Source: Octopus vulgaris
Lineage: Eukaryota
Direction: 5' to 3'
Assembly (NCBI GenBank): GCA_951406725.2
Contig: OX597841.1
Span: 20,522,001-20,586,000, forward strand
DNA length: 64,000 bases
Part shown: positions 28,478 to 41,347 of the stretch, piece by piece
Numbering within the stretch: the stretch's first letter is position 1
How the letters are laid out: every line of letters begins with the position of its first letter
The notes under the pieces: generated by a model
The model's database searches: none
What the model was told of the DNA's origin: nothing
The model's input: only the letters and a program-made list of their open reading frames with translations
Program-made: the position numbers and the translations under genes

Positions 28478-29400
28478 AGATGCAGTTTGGTTTTATATGT
28501 GGGAAGAATACCACAAATACCGTCTTGCTAGTGAGATAGCTGCAGGAAAATGATTTGGCCAAAAGTAAGCCACTTTCATTGACCTGGAGAAAGCTTTTGA
28601 CAGTGTCCCGTGCTCTGTTATATAGTAGTCTCTAAGGATGCTAGGAATAGAGGGGTGCCATGTACAGAAATGCTGTCAGTGAGGTGAGAGTTGGCCATGA
28701 ATACAGTGATGAATTTAGCATACAGGTAGGGGTTCAGCAGGGATCAGTTCTTAATCCATTCCTATTCATTATAGTCCTCTAGGCCATAACAGTGGAATTC
28801 AAAACTGGATGCCCAGGGAACTTCTATACACTGGTGACCTCATTCTTATTGCAGAATCTGTAGCAGAATTGGAGAAGAAATTCCAGGTATGGAAGCAAAA
28901 TCTGGAATCAAAGGGCCTTAAAGTTAATCTAGCTAAGACCAAAGCTGTTGTTAGCAAGAAAGTAGATAAGAATTTATCTCTCTCAGACAAATGGCCCTGC
29001 TCAGTTTGTAAGAAAGGAGTGGGAAGTAATTCCATTCGTTGCACCCAATATAAGCCATGGATGTGTAAGAGATACAGGTAGATTAACAGATAAGTTCACC
29101 TTTGTGTGCAGCAGATGTGCAGGAACAATAAACACTAAGAGCACGAGATTCAGACTCTCTCAAATGTCCAGCTGGCTCTCTTAAGGTAGTAGAGTGTTTC
29201 TGTTGCCTAGGTGACGAAATTAGCAACAGGGGTGGATGCTCTGAAAGAATTGTTTCTAAAATACAAATAGCATGGAGGAAGTTCAGAGAACTACTACCTC
29301 TGTTGACAAAAAAAGGATTCTCTCTCAGAGTGAAAGGTAAATTGCAAATGCATATGAACAGCTATACTCCATGATAGTGAGACATGAGATCCGGATGCAG
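28478..29400 (+). pseudogene. Decayed RTE-type RT with Cys-rich segment
   Basis: QFGF, IDLEKAFDSVP, GVQQGSVLNPFLF, LLYTGDL, GLKVNLAKTK, WPCSVCKKGVGSNSIRC. Confidence 0.85.
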
Positions 29401-29408
29401 AGGGAAGT

Positions 29409-29650
29409 TTGCAAGATGGTAAGATTTGCAGAACATATCGAGAAGCATGTTTGAAGTTAGGTTTGCTTGCAAATTATCAGCAACGGGAAGCAACACTGGA
29501 AGAAGCTTCAATATCAAAAACACCAAAGAGTTTAAGAGGTCTTTCTGCTATCATTCTCAAAAATTGTGAAGTAAATAATCCTTTTGAACTGTAGAATAAG
29601 TTCAGAAATGATCTTGCTGAAGATTTCAAGCACCAACTTCAGTTGAGTAA
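29409..29650 (+). pseudogene. Helitron RepHel fragment
   Basis: DGKICRTYREACLKLGLL...TLEEAS...LRGLSAIILKNCEVNNPFEL*NKFRNDLAEDF, typical of the region between Rep and helicase. Confidence 0.8.
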
Positions 29651-30199
29651 TCCTGAGCAAGATATTGGTTTCAGTGATGCTATAAAGAGGTGAACCTATA
29701 GAAAATTTAGGTTTCCCACTAACTAATAGATGACTCCCTTGACCTTGCATTAGCCTCTCACTAGACAGTCATTGTACACCCTGCAAGAGCAACCAGCTTC
29801 TTCCTACATTTTATGGGTGTTAGCTAATATACTTTTCATATTGGATGCACAACTAAAGGAAACCATTAGGTTGTGCCTATTGATCAAACATCTGTATCTG
29901 TGTGTTTGTCTACTAATCTGAGGAGTATTCTTCTCACACAAGTTTGATGTTGAATGCGAAGGGTGGGGCAAACCAAATGATGTTTCAGTGGTGCTTCCTT
30001 TTGTGGGTGCTAGGGTCTGGCATGTAGGGGACATGGTTCTTAAACCCACTGGACACCAGTGCCTCCTTGTAGTAGAGATCTTGTTGAGATCTTGTTGTTG
30101 ACAACCTTCACAAGGTTCTTGAGCATAATAGGAGGGTGGAAGGAGTAGGCTGTGTTGATATAGGACTGCCTCTCATTTGGCTTGCATACCAGAGTCTCT

Positions 30200-30392
30200 G
30201 ACTGGCTCCCATGTCAGTGGCATGTAAAAAGCACCCACTCTCAGAGTGGTTGGTATTAGGAAGGGCATCCAGCTGTAGAAACCTTGCCAGGTCAGACTGG
30301 AGCCTGGTGCAGCCTACTGGCTTGCTAGTCTTCAATCAAACCATCCAACCCCCATGCCAGCATGGAAAACGGACATTAAACAATGATGATGA
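30200..30392 (+). mobile_element. RTE LINE 3' tail
   Basis: Shared tail ending (GAT)n. Confidence 0.7.
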
Positions 30393-30544
30393 TATATATG
30401 TATAATAAGAAAAGGGAGGAAGAGAATTTCGATTATTCCCACTTGGTGAGTTGTGATGCAAAATATATATATATAAAAATAAAAGGAAAATACACACAGT
30501 TAACATAGTTTTAATATATTTTAAATGAAAGAGTATTGTGGTTG

Positions 30545-30737
30545 TCGACCGGTTTTGCTTTCGCTAATCATGACATTGAAATTATTGTAATTTTGTATTT
30601 TCTTAAGACAATTTTAGTCCATGCTTTTGCACGAAAGTTTGATTTATTCACAAACTTTCATACAAAAACGTACTAAAATCTTATGAAAATACAAAATTAC
30701 AATAATTTCAATGTCATGATTAGCGAAAGCAAAACCG
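30545..30737. repeat. Fold-back, probable PLE-type stub
   Basis: 30550-30602 inverted to 30686-30737; - strand carries the half-HHR gcAAAAC cg GTC. Confidence 0.7.
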
Positions 30738-30839
30738 TTCAACCCATACCAGCAGGGACAATGGATGTTAAATGGTGATAATGATGATGATGAAAAGAGT
30801 TTGTCATACTGTTTAATAGCACCGCCATGCGTGTGCTCT

Positions 30840-31130
30840 TATATGCAAGTGAGACATGGGCAACTATGACGAGGATGGAACATTGATTGGCTACAACACA
30901 AAGGGCTAATGACATCAAGGTATATCGTTACAAGAACATATTCAAAATGAAATAATTTGAGAACAGAGTGCAGTGAATAATGTGATCGCAGAGTGACAAA
31001 AATCCAAGTTCTGCTGGGCCAGACATGTTTCATGGTTCATAACAGAGAGACCTGTGAGATTGGAAGTAGTATTCAACAGATTGGAAAAGGTCAATTGGAA
31101 GGCCTCCACAATGATGGGAAGACATTTTAG
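30840..31130 (+). pseudogene. Highly decayed RTE ORF C-terminus
   Basis: KSKFCWARHV and WKRSIGRPPQ*WED read in fragments. Confidence 0.5.
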
Positions 31131-31245
31131 TCAAGCAATTTGAGTCAAGGTGGAAAAGAATGGTTCAATCAAAACAAAATTGGAAGTGCATTGTGACAAG
31201 CAGTGTAAAACAGCATCTGACGTTCTGATCGATACTGTGAGATAT

Positions 31246-31636
31246 AGACACAGGAGTGGCTGTGTAGTAAGTAGCTTGCTAACCAACCACATGGTTCCGG
31301 GTTCAGTCCCACTGCGTGGCATCTTGGGCAAGTGTCTTATGCTATAGCCTCAGGCTGACCAATGCCTTGTGAGTGGATTTGGTAGACGGAAACTGAAAGA
31401 AGCCTGTCGTATATATATATGTGTGTGTATGTGTGTGTGTCTGTGTTTGTCCCCCTAGCATTGCTTGACAACCGATGCTGGTGTGTTTACGTCCCCGTCA
31501 CTTAGCGGTTCGGCAAAAAGAGTCCGATAGAATAAGTACTGGGCTTACAAAGAATAAGTCCCGGGGTCGATTTGCTCGACTAAAGGCGGTGCTCCAACAT
31601 GGCCGCAGTCAAATGACTGAAACAAGTAAAAGAGTA
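31246..31636 (+). mobile_element. SINE family A, full length
   Basis: Same sequence as 39846-40250. Confidence 0.87.
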
Positions 31637-31667
<31 letters not shown>

Positions 31668-31768
31668 TCTATGTGCAGGGGTGGTTGTGTAGCTAAGTAG
31701 TATGTTTCCCAACCACATAGTTCCAGGTTCAGTCCCACTGCATGTCACCTTGGGCAAGTATCCTCCAC

Positions 31769-32555
31769 TATAACCCTGGGCTGATCAAAGCCTCATGAGC
31801 AGATTGGTAGATGGAAACTGAAAGGAGCATGTCATATATATCATAATGATGATCAAAACTGGAAGCTGATGATAGCAAACGGAAATATTTGGTATATTGC
31901 ACCTACCATTACTACCCATGTACATGTGTTTGTGTACATGCACACACACACAGACACACATGAAACGCGTGCATACAGAAGGGGCAAGTTTACAGAGTGA
32001 GAACATTAGATAAAATGCAGTGCAGTATTTGTTGTTTGTGGTTGTCTGCAATCTGATTTCAAAACTTGCAGAAAACCATCAGCGTATTTCATTCTGCTGA
32101 GGTCAATCTGCACAAGGGGAAGGTTGGGCTCCACAAGTTTTAGAATGCTCAAGATATGCTATATGCCAGAGCACACTTACTCCATCAGAAGTGGCAGAAC
32201 CCAAGGAAGGATGGATATGAGTGTACACACACACACTCACTCACACTCACACACACACACACACACACACATAGAAAAGAGAGAGTGCGTGTGCGGTGTG
32301 TGCTTGTATAACATGATAGTTAGGCAAACAGATTTAAAGCTAGTAACTATAAATCTTAGATAATCAGATAAGTAAACAGATAAGCAGACAGACAGACAGA
32401 CAGACAGGCAGACAGACAGACAGATAGATAGATAGATAGTTAGATAGATAGAGATAGATAGATAGATAGACAGAGATAGAGATAGATAGATAGATAGATA
32501 GACAGACAGAGATAGAGATAGATAGATAGATAGATAGATAGACAGACAGAGATAG

Positions 32556-32630
<75 letters not shown>

Positions 32631-32683
32631 CAGACAGAGATAGAGATATATAGATAGATAGATAGATAGACAGACAGAGATAG

Positions 32684-32746
<63 letters not shown>

Positions 32747-32765
32747 CAGACAGAGATAGAGATAC

Positions 32766-32834
<69 letters not shown>

Positions 32835-32998
32835 GAGGTACATAGACTGACAGATAGAGAAATAGACAGGTAGACAGACAGATACACAGGTAGGTAGGCT
32901 GGGAGATAGATAAACATCCAAACAGACAGATAAATTGTTCAGTTGATTGACTGATGTATCAATTATTCAATCTACACAAAAACAACATACCTGCCTCA
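31769..32998 (+). repeat. Left arm of a ~1-kb inverted duplication (contains a long (GATA)n)
   Basis: Reverse complement of 35751-36699, differing mainly in microsatellite length. Confidence 0.93.
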
Positions 32999-33652
32999 GA
33001 CCAGCCAACAAGTCCAACGTGTTCCAATTTATTCTGTAGACCGAGACTCTTGAACATCGAAGACACCCAAATATCTTGCATGTTTTGTAAACCGTCAGTA
33101 TTGTTTTCTTTCACGTTAGCCAGCTTGCCTCGCTGCTCACTCGCTTTTTTTCTCTCTTCCTCACTGCTCTCTCACTCTTTTTCTCTCTTCCTCACTGCTC
33201 TCTCTCACTCTTTTTCTCCCTTCATAGTTGCTCTCTTTCCTTTTCTCCAGCTAAGCCAGTCTCCCGCTGCCTTTCTAACGCTGACCTCTTCACTCTTTTC
33301 TTCTCTCTGTCAATCTCTTGTTGCTTTTTATCCCTTCTTTTTCTCTAATACTCTGGCTTCTCTCCTACTTCCTACCTTAGCCTCTCTCTCTTTCTCTGGT
33401 CTCTTCCCCCTCCTTCCTAACTTAGCCAATTTGCCTCTCTTTTCTCTCTCTCTCTCTCTATTTTTATTATCGCTTTTCCTGTTACCCTTACTTTCTTACT
33501 TTACTGCCTCTCACTGCCATTCCTTCTTTCGCTTGCCACTCTCTTTCTCCTCCCCCTCCTCTCTCATGCTGCTACTATTATTATTGCTGTTGTTGCAGCT
33601 GTTGATGTTATTACTGCTGCTGTAGTTTAACCGGAGCCAGCCCTATTCAAAC

Positions 33653-34365
33653 AGAAGTCCCTGGCCTGGCAGGTGCTTTACCTGTGTAAAGGGATAAGCT
33701 TTTTAGGTATGGTTCTGCGTCTACGGCGACTTGTCCAAGGAGGACAGTGAAACTGTTCTGCATGCAATTGTACCATGTCCGAAGATTTCGGAACTCTCAG
33801 CTTATGTCGAACATCTGCTGCCACATCTAAGAAGAGTACAACTGTCGACCGAAGCTATAATTAAGATCGTTCCGCCGCCCTTCCTGAACAGGGAAGAGCA
33901 GGCTTGTTTTCTCTCGTCGATAGTAGCTATCGCCAAAGAGATAGTGTGGAAGACTAGAGTGAAAGGGATCGCAACAGGCATTTTTATCTCAAGCCTTGGG
34001 TTGGTTAACTTTTTCCTTTTCCATATGAAAAGAAAAAAAGGCTGGAGAAGAAATGCCTGTCGCACGGTGTGTTTCGGAAAAGAAGGAAGTCTGTGGCAAG
34101 TGTGTTGAGAGTGAAAGAACCTGTTTAAGCAAGAACAGAAATGGAAAAAAAGTAAATTCTTCAGTGCGAGAACGTGGTTTGTGGGGTCACCCACGTCCTC
34201 CGCTTCATTTTTGAAAAATTCGATTCGTTTCTTTGTCAATATTCGATTTTGTAATTTTTAAACGTTCATACTGTCAACTCCATTCGATCCCCGACCCCTT
34301 CTCTGTCAGCCTGTCCTTGTTTTCGTCCTCTCTCCATTTAAACCTATATGGTTAATAAAGAAAAG
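33653..34365 (+). mobile_element. 5'-truncated L1/Tx1-type LINE with 29-bp TSD
   Basis: ETVLHAIVPCP (zf-RVT-like) remnant; aataaa plus A-rich tail; TSD agtttaaccggag(c/t)cagccc(t/c)attcaaac at 33624-33652 and 34366-34394. Confidence 0.8.
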
Positions 34366-35348
34366 AGTTTAACCGGAGTCAGCCCCATTCAAACGGACCC
34401 GTGGTCAAAGACGTCGTTTCAACCGTGACTATCCCTTCACTTTCTTTTTTACAGATTATTTTTCCGACTTGCCCTTTCGATATGGCTTCAATTGTGTAAT
34501 ATTTAACAGCGATTTCTACCAAGTTTAAAAACCACCCCGAGACTCCATTACTGGTTTGTTGTGGTCATTGTAGCAGCAGTAGCAGCAGTAGTAGCAGTAG
34601 CAGCAGTTGTGGTTGTAGTATTTGAACCCTCCGTAGACATATCAAAAGCATTCCATCAGTGACTGCCTTGTCGGCATTTTCTAACGTCTTATTTCAAACA
34701 ATACAGTTTGGTTTATGGGGGATTTGTCTGCTATTTCTCACAGATCCAGATAGGATGAAGGGATGACCCTCATTGGTCCATACATATATAAGACAGTACG
34801 GGAGATTTGAGTACTATTTCTACTCGCTCTAGCTATCACAGAGGGGTTCCTCTCGATTTATATATATAATACACATCCATTCATACTGTATGCGTGCGTG
34901 TCATGCAACATTATAAATATGGGGTGGAAGGTGGAGGTTACTGAATTTATGTATTTAGGCATATTTCCATCCATCCATTATTTAATGATCAGTTTCCCAT
35001 GTTTGCATCGACCAAATGGTATGTGTTGAGGCAGATTTTCTACGACCGAATGGCCTTCGTGTCACCAACCCTCACCTGTTTCCAAGCAAAGTAACATTAC
35101 CCGTGGCCAGAGATTTTTCAAGGAAGACTGGAAACAAACAACAAGTTTGTTTACAACCATCGCATGATATTATTGCAGAGGAATGAACCTACTTGAAGCA
35201 GTTGGTTTAAATATATAAACACACAATACACCCATATGTATATCTATATCTATATATATGTATATAAATACATATATATACATATATATATATTTGTTGT
35301 GCAAGATTTTTTATTGGCTAAACTGGCAATTTAACCATTCCGAAATAT

Positions 35349-35412
<64 letters not shown>

Positions 35413-35740
35413 GTAAAGACCCCCTTCGGTCATGAATGACCATGGGATTGCACCTAGAAAGTTACCCTCCTAGACACAAGTCCGGGCAAGGTTGTTTATG
35501 GAAGACCAGCAGTCGCCCATGCATACCAGCCTCCCCTCTCCACGCCACCAGTGTTATCCAAGGGAAAGACAAAGGTCGATACAGCTTGGCACCTGTGACG
35601 TCGCAACTCATTTCTACAGCTGAGTGAACTGGAGCAACGTGAAATAAAGTGCTTTGCTCAAGAACACAACACGCAGCCCGGTCCGGGATTCGAGCTCACA
35701 ACCTCACGATCGTAAGTTCGACGCTCTAACCACTGAGCCA
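35413..35740 (-). mobile_element. tRNA-derived SINE, family C
   Basis: tggctcagtggttagagcg...ctcgaatccc A/B boxes; second copy at 51920-52230. Confidence 0.85.
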
Positions 35741-35750
35741 TATATAGGTA

Positions 35751-35929
35751 TGAGGCAGGTATGTTGTTTTTATGTAGATTGAATAATTGATACATCAGTC
35801 AATCAACTGAACAATTTATCTGTCTGTTTGGATGTTTATCTATCTCCCAGCCTACCTACCTGTGTATCTGTCTGTCTACCTGTCTATTTCTCTATCTGTC
35901 AGTCTATGTACCTCTCTGTCTGTCTGTTG

Positions 35930-35988
<59 letters not shown>

Positions 35989-36699
35989 CTATCTCTGTCT
36001 GTCTATCTATCTATCTATCTATCTATCTAACTATCTATCTATCTATCTGTCTGTCTGTCTGCCTGTCTGTCTGTCTGTCTGTCTGCTTATCTGTTTACTT
36101 ATCTGATTATCTAAGATTTATAGTTACTAGCTTTAAATCTGTTTGCCTAACTATCATGTTATACAAGCACACACCGCACACGCACTCTCTCTTTTCTATG
36201 TGTGTGTGTGTGTGTGAGTGTTTGAGTGAGTGTGTGTGTTTGTACACTCATATCCATCCTTCCTTGGGTTCTGCCACTTCTGATGGAGTAAGTGTGCTCT
36301 GGCATATAGCATATCTTGAGCATTCTAAAACTTGTGGAGCCCAACCTTCCCCTTGTGCAGATTGACCTCAGCAGAATGAAATACGCTGATGGTTTTCTGC
36401 AAGTTTTGAAATCAGATTGCAGACAACCACAAACAACAAATACTGCACTGCATTTTATCTAATGTTCTCACTCTGTAAACTTGCCCCTTCTGTATGCACG
36501 CGTTTCATGTGTGTCTGTGTGTGTGTGCATGTACACAAACACATGTACATGGGTAGTAATGGTAGGTGCAATATACCAAATATTTCCGTTTGCTATCATC
36601 AGCTTCCAGTTTTGATCATCATTATGATATATATGACATGCTCCTTTCAGTTTCCATCTACCAATCTGCTCATGAGGCTTTGATCAGCCCAGGGTTATA
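35751..36699 (-). repeat. Right arm of the inverted duplication
   Basis: Reverse complement of 31769-32998. Confidence 0.93.
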
Positions 36700-36715
36700 T
36701 ATATATATATATATA

Positions 36716-37132
<417 letters not shown>

Positions 37133-37182
37133 AGATAGGGGTTGAAAATTCAACCCACCATGATATATATATATATATACAT

Positions 37183-37353
<171 letters not shown>

Positions 37354-37700
37354 AGATAGGGGTTGAAAATTCAACCCACCATGGGATAATATATATCCAA
37401 TATACTGCTAGATAGGTACCCAACAAGACTAATACATAGATGTTAAAAATTGCCAAACAATCAGTTCATCTATTGTATTATATGGGTAAAGGTAATAATA
37501 TTACCGTAAATTAATACTACAAAATTAAGAGAATGGAGAAACATACTTAAATCAATAAAACATCAACTATCAGATGATACCCAATCAATACTTTAATACA
37601 CCATTACATATCAGTAAAGGCATTATACAAAATATACAGTAAGAGTAAATAGACAAAGAGATATAAGTATAAAATTTCAAATATAATATGTAATTAAATC

Positions 37701-37816
37701 AAATCTGACAGCTGTTTCGGCAGTGAGGGCAGTCATACCTCATTTAACCTATAAGCCATAAAGGCAGGTATAAATGAGGCATTAACAAGGATGCCCCACG
37801 GCCTCTTCAGAGAATT
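37701..37816 (-). ncRNA. Type I hammerhead ribozyme
   Basis: Inverse copy of 38688-38803. Confidence 0.82.
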
Positions 37817-38309
37817 AAATTTGTTATAATTGTGAAAAAGATTATTTAACCATATACATATAAATATAAAAATATAAAAATGTAAAATATAAAAACTTAT
37901 ACATAAACTTCATAGTGCTACACTTATATAATATAATACTCATTGGTACAATAATGGAAGGTAAACAGAACAAAATAAAACAAAATATATATCAGTGTAT
38001 ATATTAATATTAATAAGCACCGATATTATACATATTTGGCTAATAGTTTTTTAAAAAAAAACTAATACATAGGGAGATGAAAAATAATAATTAAAACCAT
38101 AAAATTATAAAGCTATAAAAGTTAATAAAAATTACTATTAATATTAAAGAAATTATACGGTTATACCGTATAATTTCTTTTGTGATTTAAATTTCAAACC
38201 AATAGCCAATCGAATTAATCTAAATTATCATTACCTAGTGGTCAGTATTTCTAAACTCATAGTTATTTCGATCTTGAAAGGATGGACTTAGTGCAAACAT
38301 AACTGTATC

Positions 38310-38355
<46 letters not shown>

Positions 38356-38687
38356 ATTAATTTTTATTAACTTTTATAGCTTTATAATTTTATGAACTGA
38401 ACCATGGTTTTAATTATTATTTTTCATCTCCCTATGTGTTAGTTTTTTTTTTAAAAACTATTAGCCAAATATGTATAATATCGGTGCTTATTAATATTAA
38501 TATATACACTGATATATATTTTGTTTTATTTTGTTCTGTTTACCTTCCATTATTGTACCAATGAGTATTATATTATATAAGTGTAGCACTATGAAGTTTA
38601 TGTATAAGTTTTTATATTTTACATTTTTATATTTTTATATTTATATGTATATGGTTAAATAATCTTTTTCACAATTATAACAAATTT

Positions 38688-38803
38688 AATTCTCTGAAGA
38701 GGCCGTGGGGCATCCTTGTTAATGCCTCATTTATACCTGCCTTTATGGCTTATAGGTTAAATGAGGTATGACTGCCCTCACTGCCGAAACAGCTGTCAGA
38801 TTT
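38688..38803 (+). ncRNA. Type I hammerhead ribozyme
   Basis: aattct CTGAAGA ggc...gcc GAAAC agct GTC agattt; stem III ACAGCTGT; internal hairpin in stem II. Confidence 0.84.
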
Positions 38804-38986
38804 GATTTAATTACATATTATATTTGAAATTTTATACTTATATCTCTTTGTCTATTTACTCTTACTGTATATTTTGTATAATGCCTTTACTGATATGTAA
38901 TGGTGTATTAAAGTATTGATTGGGTATCATCTGATAGTTGATGTTTTATTGATTTAAGTATGTTTCTCCATTCTCTAATTTTGTAG

Positions 38987-39092
<106 letters not shown>

Positions 39093-39099
39093 CACCGTC

Positions 39100-39405
39100 A
39101 CCGTCAACGTGACCGACCAGGCACACAGATGTTGCTACACATCGCTGGTCACAATGCGCTTCACACTGTTTTAGCCTTCAAATTACGCCACCCCGCTGGC
39201 TAAGCAAGCAGGCAAACAGAAGAAAGAGCGAGAGAAAGTTGTGGCGAAAGAGTACAGCAGGAATCGCCACCACCCCCTGCCGGAGCCACGTGGAGCTTTA
39301 GGTGTTTTCGCTAAATAAACACTCACAACACCCAGTCTGGGAGTCAAAACCGCGATCCTACAACCGCGAGTTCGCTGCCCTAACCACTGGGCCATTGCGC
39401 CTCCA
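39100..39405 (-). mobile_element. tRNA-derived SINE, family D
   Basis: ggaggcgcaatggcccagtggttagggcag...gactccc head. Confidence 0.75.
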
Positions 39406-39423
39406 TATATATATATACATATA

Positions 39424-40248
39424 GGCGAAGGAGTGGCTGTGTGGTAAGTAGCTTGTTTACCAACCACATGGTTCTGGGATCAGTCCCACTGCGTGGCACC
39501 TTGGGCAAGTGTCTTCTACTATAGCCTCAGGCCGACCAAAGCCTTGTGAGTGGATTTGGTAGATAGAAACTGAAAGAAGCCCGTCGTATATATGTATATA
39601 TATGTATGTTTGTGTGTCTGTATTTGTCCCCCTAGCATTGCTTGACAACCGATTCTGGTGTGTTTATGTCCCCGTCACTTAGCGGTTCAGCAAAAAAGAC
39701 CGATAGAATAAGTACTGGGCTTACAAAGAATAAGTCCCGGGGTCGAGTTGCTCGATTAAAAGGCAGTACTCCAGCATGGCCGCAGTCAAAATGACTGAAA
39801 CAAGTAAAAAGTGAGAAGAGAAAGATATATATATATATATATATAGGCGCAGGAGTGGCTGTGTGGTAAGTAGCTTGCTTACCAACCACATGGTTCCGGG
39901 TTCAGTCCCACTGCGTGGCATCTTGGGCAAGTGTCTACAACTATAGCCTCGGGCCGACCAATGCCTTGTGAGTGGATTTGGTAGACGGAAACTGAAAGAA
40001 GCCCGTCGTATATATGTATGTATATATATATGTTTGTGTGTCTATGTTTGTCCCCCTAGCATTGCTTGACAACCGATGCTGGTGTGTTTACGTCCCCGTC
40101 TCTTAGCGGTTCGGCAAAAGAGACCGATAGAATAAGTACTGGGCTTACAAAGAATAAGTCCTGGGGTCGATTTGCTCGACTAAAGGCGGTGCTCCAGCAT
40201 GGCCGCAGTCAAATGACTGAAACAAGTAAAAGAGTAAAAGAGTAAAGA

Positions 40249-40250
<2 letters not shown>
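39424..40250 (+). mobile_element. Two adjacent full-length family A SINEs (39424-39820, 39846-40250)
   Basis: Two near-identical copies separated by (TA)n. Confidence 0.9.
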
Positions 40251-40287
<37 letters not shown>

Positions 40288-40298
40288 TATACATACAT

Positions 40299-40336
<38 letters not shown>

Positions 40337-40363
40337 TTTATTTAAAGCAGCAGAAAATTCAAC

Positions 40364-40410
40364 AAAACCTGTTACTCTGAGTTTCACATTCCTGTTCGTC
40401 GGACAGTTTT
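40364..40410 (-). ncRNA. Minimal type I hammerhead motif (CCGACGA core)
   Basis: aaaactgt CCGACGA acaggaatgt GAAAC tcaga GTA acaggtttt; truncated copy at 43941-43990. Confidence 0.72.
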
Positions 40411-40416
40411 TACTCC

Positions 40417-40466
<50 letters not shown>

Positions 40467-40643
40467 CGTTTAAATATTTGTTGTGCAAGATTTTTTATGT
40501 GAAGTCGTGTGTTGAAACAGATATTGTTATATTTCGGAATGGTCATATTGCCAGTTTAGCCAATAAAAACACACGCACTATATATTTGGTGTTACTTTGC
40601 TTCAGTGTTATTTATTTTTTACATTAATCTTAATCTTATTTCA

Positions 40644-40686
40644 GCCAGAGTTCTTTCGTCACACTCCTGTGACCGCATCAGTGGTC
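40644..40686 (-). ncRNA. Variant hammerhead motif in PLE 3' region
   Basis: cca CTGATGC g gtcac aggagt gtgac GAAAG aa CTC tgg. Confidence 0.55.
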
Positions 40687-41170
40687 CTTTGTTTTCTTCT
40701 CACTTACTTGTGTCTCTCCTTACTAACCGTCAGCCATTTTGTATTTCTATTGTATGTCTTCATTTGCGCATGCTTATATCTCTATGTGCGTCTATGTTTA
40801 TTTAGTGTGTGTGTGTGGGGGATGCCTGTAATATTTGTATCTTCTGGTTATATACATTCTTGTAATTTGTATTTTGTTTTTGTTGTTTTTGTTTATTCTT
40901 ATTTTGTTCATGTGTTTACATCCACCCATTATTATCATTACATATGCTTGTATGTATGTATAACAACAATACTAGTAATAATAATAATAAATCGAATCGA
41001 AAAAAAAAAAAAATATATATACATATATAGCGGTTCGGCAAAAGAGACCGATAGAATAAGTACTGGGCTTACAAAGAATAAATCCCGGGGTCGATTTACT
41101 CGACTAAAGGCGGTGCTCCAGCATGGCCGTAGTCAAATGACTGAAACAAGTAAAAGAGTAAAAGAGTAAA

Positions 41171-41202
<32 letters not shown>

Positions 41203-41204
41203 GC

Positions 41205-41285
<81 letters not shown>

Positions 41286-41347
41286 GTTATTTATTTCTAT
41301 TAGTTTATTTATCTGTGTAGTTATTATGTTTTCAGGATCCTCTATCG

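Noticed and set aside
32237-33625. LSIY-repeat and Leu/Ser/Phe-rich ORFs
   Set aside because: Products of (GATA)n and pyrimidine-rich low-complexity DNA.
35670-35740. tRNA gene (also the heads at 39846 and ~39400)
   Set aside because: tRNA-like heads continue into multicopy SINE bodies and lack a complete acceptor stem.
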